A DNA stretch of 40,000 bases, from positions 33,855 to 73,854 of the forward strand of contig CAAEBC010000013.1 of the NCBI GenBank assembly GCA_900753975.1. Direction: 5' to 3'. Positions 9,936 through 17,700 of this stretch are shown here, in pieces. A model generated the notes under the pieces. That model ran no database searches, was not told the DNA's origin, and was given only the letters and a program-made list of their open reading frames with translations. This DNA comes from Clostridia bacterium. Its GTDB lineage: Bacteria > Bacillota > Clostridia > TANB77 > UBA1234. Numbering within the stretch: the first letter of the stretch is position 1; every line of letters begins with the position of its first letter. The position numbers were made by a program, and so were the translations under genes.

Positions 9936-11189
9936 ATGGAAAAGAATATACCACTAGCATATAGAATGTGTCCTACTACTATCGATGAATATGTTGGACA
10001 AGAGCACATCTTATCTAAAGATAAAATGTTATATAGATTAATAAAAGCAGATAGGCTTTCAAGTATAATACTTTGGGGACCTCCCGGTTGTGGAAAGACT
10101 TCACTCGCAAGAGTTATCGCTAACTCTACTAAAAACAAATTTGAAAAATTAAATGCAGTAGCTGCTGGTGTAAGTGATATAAAGTCTGCAGTAGAAGATG
10201 CTAAAAACTTACTTATGAATCCATCTGGCAAAGTAGTTTTGTTTATCGATGAGATACATAGATTTAATAAACTTCAGCAAGATGCATTACTACCTTATGT
10301 AGAAGATGGAACAGTAATTTTAATAGGAGCAACTACAGAAAATCCATATTTTTCAGTAAACAAAGCTTTGATTTCGAGGTCTACTGTTTTTAAGTTAGAG
10401 CCACTTACAATTCAAAACGTTGAGACAGTATTAAAAAATGCAATACAAGATAAAGAGAAAGGACTTGGAAAATATGCAATAAAAATAAACGATGATGTAA
10501 TAAAATACATAGCAGAACTTTCGGGTGGAGACGTCAGAGTTGCTTTAAATGCTTTAGAAATAGCGACACTTACTACAGATATGAATATTGATGGCGAGAT
10601 AGAAATAACTACTGAAATTGCTGCAGAATGTATACAAAAAAAGAAAGCACAGTTTGATAAAAGTGGAGATAGTCACTACGATAATATTAGTGCTTTTATA
10701 AAATCTATGCGTGGCGGAGATGCTGATGCTGTGCTATTTTATCTGGCTAGAGCTTTATATGCTGGTGAAGATCCTATGTTTTTAGCTAGAAGAATTGTTA
10801 TATGTGCTTCCGAAGATGTTGGTATGGCAAATTCGAACGCATTGGTTGTGGCAAATGCAGCAATGCAAGCAGTACATCAAATAGGTATGCCAGAAGCAAG
10901 ATTACTTCTTGCACACGCAGCTACTTATGTGGCAAGAAGTCCAAAATCAAATGCGGCATATCTTGGCATAAATAAAGCTTTAAATGATGTTGAAAATACA
11001 GATACTGGAACTATACCAATGCATATAAGAAATGCTCCAGCAGAGGGAATGAGCGACTTTGGATACGGAGTTGGCTATAAATATCCACATGATTTTCCAA
11101 ATCATGAAGTAGAGCAACAATATCTGCCAGATAAAATGCTTGGAACTAAGTATTACGTGCCAGATGAAACAGAAGAAAAACTAAAATAA
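9936..11189 (+). CDS. rarA: replication-associated recombination protein A (RarA/MgsA AAA+ ATPase)
   Basis: LAYRMCPTTIDEYVGQEHIL, Walker A GPPGCGKTS, Walker B LFIDEIHRFNK, C-terminal MgsA domain (HYDNISAFIKSMRGGDADA...YLARAL..GEDP.F..RR). Confidence 0.9.
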   Translation: MEKNIPLAYRMCPTTIDEYVGQEHILSKDKMLYRLIKADRLSSIILWGPPGCGKTSLARVIANSTKNKFEKLNAVAAGVSDIKSAVEDAKNLLMNPSGKVVLFIDEIHRFNKLQQDALLPYVEDGTVILIGATTENPYFSVNKALISRSTVFKLEPLTIQNVETVLKNAIQDKEKGLGKYAIKINDDVIKYIAELSGGDVRVALNALEIATLTTDMNIDGEIEITTEIAAECIQKKKAQFDKSGDSHYDNISAFIKSMRGGDADAVLFYLARALYAGEDPMFLARRIVICASEDVGMANSNALVVANAAMQAVHQIGMPEARLLLAHAATYVARSPKSNAAYLGINKALNDVENTDTGTIPMHIRNAPAEGMSDFGYGVGYKYPHDFPNHEVEQQYLPDKMLGTKYYVPDETEEKLK

Positions 11190-11225
11190 AAGAATAAAAA
11201 AAACAAAAAAATCCGATAATAAAGT

Positions 11226-11615
11226 TTGAATAAATCAATTTATATGAAAAGTTTAAGAGGTGAAATTTATGACATACCTAATTGGTTTATTGCGGACGGC
11301 TTTATTAGCGGATTTTTTGGTGCAGGTGGAGGACTATTAATACATCCTGCACTTACAAGAATTTTAAAACTAGATGAATATAAAGCAAGAGGAACAACTC
11401 TAATAACAGTCTTTCCAGCAATCTTAGTGGCATCAATTTTCTATGCGACTTATAATTATTTTGAGTGGAAAAATATAGTGAAAGTAGTAATCGGTGGAAC
11501 CATAGGCGGATTTGTTGGAGCAAAGCTTATGAGAAAAATACCTAAATTTTATTTAGAGATAATTTTTGATATTTTTTTAATTGGAATATCTATAAAAAAT
11601 ATAATTCAGGGGTAA
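11226..11615 (+). CDS. TSUP/TauE-SafE family transporter, half-size (4-TM) unit; N-terminus probably disrupted
   Basis: GFISGFFGAGGGLLIHPAL motif plus further TM helices. A good RBS (aagaggtg) precedes ATG 11269 in the +1 frame (MTYLIGLL...), which stops after 23 codons. This suggests a 1-nt deletion near 11290 separating the native start from the body. Confidence 0.55.
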   Translation: MNKSIYMKSLRGEIYDIPNWFIADGFISGFFGAGGGLLIHPALTRILKLDEYKARGTTLITVFPAILVASIFYATYNYFEWKNIVKVVIGGTIGGFVGAKLMRKIPKFYLEIIFDIFLIGISIKNIIQG

Positions 11616-11624
11616 GATACAAGT

Positions 11625-12012
11625 ATGGAATTAATTTTAGTTGGTATAATTTCGGGAATTGTTACAGGGCTTGGAATGCGGTGGTGGAAGTATTTTAATA
11701 TTAGTTTTAGTAAGTTTTATGGCTGTGCCACAGCATATAGCTCAAGCCACAAACTTAATATTCTTCATTCCGACTGCTATTATTGCAATATTTGTGCATA
11801 TAAAAAATAAAAACATAGATAAAGAAGTTGGCAAAAAACTATTTCTTGCTACAGTTATAGGTTCTGGACTAGGTGCTTATTTAACAACTTTTATCGCTTC
11901 AGAAAATTTGAAAAGATACTTTGGATTTTTCCTGCTAGCTGTTGGAATTTACGAAATTATAACGACATTTAAAGAACATAAAAATGAAAAAAAGGAGGAA
12001 AAAGAAAAATGA
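11625..12012 (+). pseudogene. second half-size TSUP/TauE unit interrupted by a +1 frameshift
   Basis: ATG 11625 reads MELILVGIISGIVTGLGM. After an extra c at 11679 the family continues in the next frame (GGGSILILVLVSF...ATNLIFFIPTAI...). Removing one base restores the typical GLGMGGGSIL motif. Confidence 0.6.
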
Positions 12013-12152
12013 AAAATTTAATTGCTGGTGTACTTTTGGGTGCTGTAATTGGTGGAGTTATCGGTACCGTTGCAAGTGATGATATTTATGATATGACAAA
12101 TCAAATGATGAAGAAAGGTAAGAAGTTTGCTAAAAAATGTAATTGGATTTAA
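12009..12152 (+). CDS. 47-aa small membrane protein with glycine zipper (not in ORF track)
   Basis: ATG overlaps the upstream TGA (ATGA at 12009-12012). MKNLIAGVLLGAVIGGVIGTV TM/GxxxG segment, then a basic tail. Followed by a hairpin terminator. Confidence 0.45.
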   Translation: MKNLIAGVLLGAVIGGVIGTVASDDIYDMTNQMMKKGKKFAKKCNWI

Positions 12153-12170
12153 ATAATGTGCCAAAATTAA

Positions 12171-12200
12171 AAAGGTTTGCATACAATTGCAAACTTTTAT
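12171..12200 (+). terminator. intrinsic terminator after the TSUP/small-ORF unit
   Basis: gtttgca (12175-12181) pairs with tgcaaac (12188-12194), 6-nt loop, followed by ttttat. Confidence 0.6.
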
Positions 12201-12230
12201 AGAAGAAATGTGCTTATAACAAATCATATA

Positions 12231-12265
12231 AAAAGGACTGTCAAGTAAGTGTGACAGTCCTTTTT
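12231..12265. terminator. intrinsic terminator (serves the minus-strand protease gene; A- and T-tracts on both sides)
   Basis: ggactgtca (12235-12243) pairs with tgacagtcc (12252-12260), flanked by aaaa and ttttt. Confidence 0.75.
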
Positions 12266-12294
12266 ATAAACTTTAATTTAGTATAAAAACATCT

Positions 12295-13158
12295 TTATTT
12301 TTTTATAATTTCTTTAATATATTCTGTCCTTGCCGGATATTTGTTAGAGAAAGTTTTTTCATTAATCAAATAGAACGAAATGCTTTCTGCAAAGTCTTCG
12401 TTGTAGTTTCCAGCTTCAACGTTTTCTTTAGCATATTTGCTAGGAAATCTTGTATCTTTATTAACAGCTAGTTTGTAATCACTATAAGAATAATCAATTA
12501 CTTTGTTTTGAATAAGTGTAAAAGCCCAAGTGTGTGCAATCTCGTGAATTACAATGTTTTTGATAGTAGAAGTAGAGTAACTAGAAATATTATATAAAGT
12601 AATCTTATCGTATTTTGTGATACCTGCTGCACCAGATGAATGATTTGCAGGAATCATTTTTATTTCTTTTACATTTGAAATAAATTTTTCATCTAAAGCT
12701 AAGATAATTTTTTCAACTTTGCTTATTGATTTTTTATCTTTTTCAGTGTAGATAACACTAATATTTCTAATTGTTTTAATGTAAGTTTTATAATCTTTAT
12801 TCTTTAATTCTTCAATCTTATAACTCTCCAAGTATCCATCATCATTTGAAAAGTAATATGTATAACTTACTTTCTCACCAATATCGTTAGAGATTTCAAA
12901 TTTGTTTTCTCCACTTAATCCTTTAGTATCTATAAAGAAACGATTTTCTTTAACTTCTAGTTGTTTTCCATTATAGTATAAAGTTTCGCCGCTTTCGAAA
13001 AGAGAGAAGCCGATTTTATTTGTATGAGTGCTATCAATAGCTTGTCCGTTTTGAAAGTCTGGCATAACATTATAAACAAGTGCAATATTTTGCGATGCAA
13101 ATGAAACACTTGAAACTAATAAAAAAATAAGTGCAACAGATATTAAAACTTTTTTCAT
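12295..13158 (-). CDS. secreted zinc metalloprotease, M34/ATLF-like, resembling Pro-Pro endopeptidases (PPEP)
   Basis: Signal peptide MKKVLISVALIFLLVSSVSFA. HExxH (IHEIAHTW) and a downstream NEDFAESISFYLIN...YPARTEYIKEI segment that, from memory, matches the third-ligand/C-terminal segment of C. difficile PPEP-1 (EEFFAESFAYYYLN...CPQTYSFLQNL). Start moved to ATG 13158, 9 nt after RBS aaaggag. Confidence 0.65.
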   Translation of the reverse strand: MKKVLISVALIFLLVSSVSFASQNIALVYNVMPDFQNGQAIDSTHTNKIGFSLFESGETLYYNGKQLEVKENRFFIDTKGLSGENKFEISNDIGEKVSYTYYFSNDDGYLESYKIEELKNKDYKTYIKTIRNISVIYTEKDKKSISKVEKIILALDEKFISNVKEIKMIPANHSSGAAGITKYDKITLYNISSYSTSTIKNIVIHEIAHTWAFTLIQNKVIDYSYSDYKLAVNKDTRFPSKYAKENVEAGNYNEDFAESISFYLINEKTFSNKYPARTEYIKEIIKK

Positions 13159-13267
13159 ACTAATCAACTCCTTTCGAAAACAAACTAACTAAGGTAAGTA
13201 ATGGTTTCTTTGGATCATTTTTCCTTTGTATGTCTATATTATAGCAAGAAAATACAAAAAAGTAAAT

Positions 13268-13309
13268 ATTATATACTAAACAAAATATTTGTCAATACTT
13301 TTTGACAAA
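13268..13309 (-). promoter_or_regulatory. consensus sigma-A promoter of the protease gene (TTGACA-N16-TATAAT) overlapped by an 8-6-8 palindrome
   Basis: On the minus strand, ttgaca = 13295-13290 and tataat = 13273-13268. Palindrome tttgtcaa (13288-13295) / ttgacaaa (13302-13309) covers the -35 element. Confidence 0.55.
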
Positions 13310-13511
13310 ATTGCTTGAAAAGTCTGCAAACATACGGAAAATAAGGTTTCAAGGATAAATGTGGCTCGAAATCAAGGAAAAACAGCATAAAAATTTTTAA
13401 AAAACATTTAAATTTTATCTCAAAAAGATGCAAAATTTGCATTTTTGAAACCCTTGTGCCCGTAAGGATACAAGATGCGTGCAAAATTAAAATTATACTT
13501 CAAAAGTAACC

Positions 13512-13527
13512 TTCCGTAAGAAAAAAC
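13512..13527 (+). promoter_or_regulatory. conserved upstream box TTCCGTAAGAAAAAAC, 12 nt upstream of the predicted -35 of the first SLH gene
   Basis: 15/16 identical to the box at 14618-14633 and at the same 12-nt distance from the predicted -35 (ttgcgt 13540-13545; -10 TGaTATCAT at 13559-13567). Confidence 0.5.
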
Positions 13528-13606
13528 GATAAATTCTTCTTGCGTTTTTTATAAAGAATGATATCATATACTTGTAATAGGAAAATTGATTGATTTGAGG
13601 TGTTTT

Positions 13607-14509
13607 ATGAATAGATTTTTTAAATTATTTTTGATAGTTTTTGTATATATATTAGCATTTGCAAGCATTTCTTATGCAGGTTTCTCGGATGTAGAAAATC
13701 ATTGGGCAAAAGAAAAGATAGAAGACTTTTTAGAAAGTGGCTTTGTGGATGGCTACGGAGACGGCACTTTCAGACCGGATCAAGATATTACACGTGCAGA
13801 GTTTTGTAAGATAATTAATGCATATATGGGATACGGTTTTTCAGGAGAGAGTGGAGAAAATGTTAGTGGAGAGATTGTGCCAAACATTAAAAGTGGAGAA
13901 ACTAATGAGTGGAAAGAAAAAAACTTTAAATTAGCGAATGAAAAAGGATATTTACAAGTTGGCAATGTTGACGAAAAACTTTCTAGAGAAGAGGCTTTTG
14001 TGGCACTTTCTAAAGTTATGAATTTATCAAACATAGAGTATGAGCTAAATTATGATGATGCAAGCGAAATAAGTGTTTGGGCTATTCCAGCAGTTAAAGC
14101 TCTTGCTAGTGCAAATCATATAAAAGGATATGGTGGAAAGCTAAGGCCAAAGGAAAACCTTACTAGAGCGGAACTTGTTTCAGTACTTTATGATTTTGTT
14201 GGCATTGGTGGTTTAGATGACGAACCTCAAGATAGAAAATTTGAAATTGGCCTTTTAGTTCACGATGAATATGGTTTGGCAGTAAAAAAACTTGTAGAAG
14301 ATTTGGAAATTTCAAGTGGAGATTCAGTCACATTTGCAGTAATGCTAGAAGAAAATGAAAGTGAGCCAGAAGTAAAAATAGTATCTGGTGATGAATATGT
14401 AGAGTTAGACAAAGTAAATTTGATTTTAGATGCAAAAAGTAGTGGCGAGGCTTTAATAAATTTTACTACGGATAAGCATGATGAGAATGTAAAAGTAATA
14501 ATTAAATAA
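13607..14509 (+). CDS. SLH-domain cell-surface protein with C-terminal Ig-like (Big_2-like) domain
   Basis: RBS gaggtg at 13596-13601, then ATG 13607. Signal peptide MNRFFKLFLIVFVYILAFASISYA. SLH repeats (FSDVENHWAKEKIEDFLESGFVDGYGDGTFRPDQDITRAEF; ...ASEISVWAIPAVKALASANHIKGYGGKLRPKENLTRAEL). Confidence 0.85.
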   Translation: MNRFFKLFLIVFVYILAFASISYAGFSDVENHWAKEKIEDFLESGFVDGYGDGTFRPDQDITRAEFCKIINAYMGYGFSGESGENVSGEIVPNIKSGETNEWKEKNFKLANEKGYLQVGNVDEKLSREEAFVALSKVMNLSNIEYELNYDDASEISVWAIPAVKALASANHIKGYGGKLRPKENLTRAELVSVLYDFVGIGGLDDEPQDRKFEIGLLVHDEYGLAVKKLVEDLEISSGDSVTFAVMLEENESEPEVKIVSGDEYVELDKVNLILDAKSSGEALINFTTDKHDENVKVIIK

Positions 14510-14617
14510 AAGAAAACAAGAAAAAATCGGTATAAGTAAAAATTATATCGATTTTTTACGTTTTTTATAGCCAAAAGTCGAATTTTGTCGAAACTTAGAA
14601 CATCTTGAAACATAATG

Positions 14618-14633
14618 TTCCGTAGGAAAAAAC
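14618..14633 (+). promoter_or_regulatory. conserved upstream box TTCCGTAGGAAAAAAC (TTCC-N3-GGAA dyad), 12 nt upstream of the predicted -35 of the giant adhesin gene
   Basis: Same box and spacing as at 13512-13527. Downstream promoter is TTTACA (14646-14651)-N17-TGaTATAAT (14666-14674). Confidence 0.5.
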
Positions 14634-14729
14634 TACTAAAATTACTTTACATTTCCAACATGCGATGATATAATTCCTTTGCTTAAGTTTAATAGGCACG
14701 AAGAAAATATTAAGAGGGAGTTGATAACT

Positions 14730-17700
14730 TTGAAAAAGGCATTTAAAGTAATTACATTATTGATGCTTGTTATTTTAGTAGTAACAGCTTTTGCAATGCC
14801 AGCTAGTGCGAAACAAGTTTTTACAGATTTATCGCCAGAGCATTGGTGTTATGCTAAAATAATGGATTTTGAAAAGAAAGGTTATGTATGTGGATATTCC
14901 GATAACACATTCAGAGCAGATAGAACAATCACGAGAGCTGAGTATGTAAAAATAGTAAATAACTTTTTTGGATACAAGCCAAGTGAAAAAACAACATCTG
15001 CTTTTAAAGATGTAAACAGTGGAGACTGGTTTATGCCATACGTAAACGAAGCTGTAGATAGAGGTTATATCGAAGGATTTGAAGATGGTACATTTAGGCC
15101 ACAAGATCCTATCAGAAGACAAGAAGCTACAGTAATCTTAGCAAGAATATTAAAGATAGACAAAGAAGTTTATCCAGCTGACCACAAAGACGGTTTAGCA
15201 CAATATTCTGATAGTGATGAGGTTCAAGAGTGGGCTAGAGTTGCTATTCATAGTTATTCTGTTTATAACTTTATAAATGGTTATGAAGATGGAACACTTA
15301 GAATCTTAAGAAATGTAACAAGAGCAGAAACAGTTGAACTTTTACACATTTTAGAGCAAAAAGTAGTCATAGATAGAAAACCAGGTGGTGGGGGAACAAA
15401 AACTCCTACTTTAAAACCAGATATAGATGTTTTAGTAAGAAATTTAATTGAAGTTCCAGTTGAAAATGAAATTGCTATAAAAGAAGAATACACACCTGCT
15501 ATTTATACAAAATCAAACTGGATAAATAAAAAGAATTCTAATTTTGAAAAAGAAACTGCTAGAAATGGTGCTTTTGTAAATATTACATCTCAAACAACAG
15601 GTTCTACAATTCATGATACAGTTGATGTAATATCTAGAAAAGAAGAATATAAAACAACAAAACGTGATGAATACGATAATAAATTTTTCTTAACTGATGG
15701 CGTATATACAGTTACAGCTAAAGCTACTAAATCTGGAAGAAAAGATAGTAGTACTGCTGAAAGAGAAGTTAAAATTGATACAGTTGCTCCTATTGCTTAT
15801 GGTGTAGCTACTACAAAGAGTGGAGAAATTAGTCATGAGCAATCAATTACAGTATCAGTAAAAGATCTAAATTTATATAAAACAAATGAAATAAGTGGAT
15901 TAGACAAAGTTGCATATGCTTGGTTTAATGCAGATACAGAAGAAAGAGTTACTTCTTGGGTAGCTTTATCTTTAGTAAATGGACAAGCCAAAGTAGATGC
16001 GCCAGTAGCGTATGGTAGCTATAAATTAGGAATTTCTGCTATCGACGTAGCTGAAAATACTTTTGGAACAAAAACAGAATTCAATGTTAAAGCAGAAGAT
16101 ATTAGTGGCGATGTACCAACAAATCCGAGTGGAGATGTTGATTATGACTTTGTTAAAGAAATAGAAAGTGGAGAAGAAACTCCAAGTGGTGATGACATAG
16201 TAGTTATTGTAGGAAATAATCCTCCAACTATCGAAGACTTAATATTATACACAAGCGTTAATGAACTTGTAAGTGGAGAATTAATTGGTAAAGATATCGA
16301 TAGTGGTGATGTATTAAGTTACGAACTAAAAGATGAACCTAATTATGGAACAGCAAATGTAACTGGTAATGAAACAACTTACGTATCTGATAAAACTGGT
16401 ACTTACACTTATACAGTAAGAGTAAAAGATAATAATAGTGGAGAAGCTATTGGTAATGTTACCGTTTATGTTTATGATGCCGAAGTAGAAATACCAGAAA
16501 ATCCAAGTGGAGATGAAATTAAATATCCAGATTTATCTGGTGACAAATTGATTATTTTCACTGGCGAAGAAAAAGATATGACTGTGACAGTCGCACCAAG
16601 TGGAGAGCCTATTAAAGATATAAAATATAATTGGAGTTTTAAAGCAAACGAAGAAAAAGCCAAAATTTCTTCAGGAGCAGATGAAGAAAAAGTAACTGTG
16701 AAAGGTTTAATTCCTGGAGAAACAAAAATAACTGTAAAAGTTAAAGTAAATATAGAAAAATCAAATGGCGAAACTGAAACAGTTGAAATAAAAAAAGAAA
16801 TAACTGTAGTAGTATTAAGCAGAATTACAATTCAAATACCAAGTGATAGCAAAACTTATGATGGAACACCGTTAAAAGCTAAAAATTTTGAAGTTGTAAG
16901 TGGAAGTAAAGCACTTATTGAAGGTGTAATGGCTAGCGGAGACCAAATAACAGTTGGAGTATCTGGAGAAAGAATTGATGTTGGTTCTAGTGATGCAGTA
17001 CTAGAAAGTTATACAATTTTAAATAGAAATAGCGAAGATGTTGCAAAATATTACGTACCAACTTTTAAAGACGGTACATTAACAATAATTGCAAAAGCAG
17101 ATGAAATTGTAATAAAAGCTATTAGTGATTCAAAAAAATATGATGGAACAGTTTTAAAAAATAGTGGATACACATATACAAGTGGTGTATTAGTATCTGG
17201 AGATATTTTAGAAGCAGTTGTTAGTGGAGAGCAACTAAATGCTGGTTCTGGTGACAATAAAGTAATTAGCTACAAGGTTACTAGAAACGGCGTAGATGTT
17301 ACTGATAATTATACTTTTGGTGAATGTGTAGATGGAGTGCTTGAGGTTACAAAGAGAAAAGTAACATTAACAAGTGCATCAGCTAGCAAAGTATACGATG
17401 GAAGAGAATTAACAAGTGGAGATGTTACCGTAACAGGTGACGGATTTGTGTCTGGCGAAGGTGCAACGTATGATGTAACAGGAACTATAACAAACGTAGG
17501 CGAGGCAAAAAATGAATTTACTTATACATTGAAAGATAATACTTCTGGAGATAACTATGAAATTACAACTAATACTGGAATTTTGAAAGTAACTCCAGTT
17601 ACAGAAGAAGTTGTTATCAAAGTAAAAGGTAATAGTGCTAGTGGAGATAAATATGATGGAAATGAAAAGAAAGTAACTGGATACGAAGTAGTTTCTATTA

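Noticed and set aside
11625-11810. 61-aa ORF MELILVGIISGIVTGLGMRWWKYF... as a genuine small protein
   Set aside because: Only its first 18 residues look like a TSUP TM helix. The rest is the out-of-frame read-through created by the extra c at 11679.
13269-13484. 71-aa minus-strand ORF in the protease/SLH intergenic region
   Set aside because: It has no RBS, spans promoter and palindrome elements, and its sequence has no recognisable fold. The region is better explained as regulatory DNA.
13159-14729. c-di-GMP riboswitches upstream of the protease or adhesin genes (by analogy with C. difficile PPEP-1/CD2831)
   Set aside because: I could not find the GEMM-I hallmarks (GGCAAACC / ACGCAAAGC-like segments). 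The predicted leaders of the SLH genes are only about 30-50 nt. A covariance-model scan is needed for a definitive answer.
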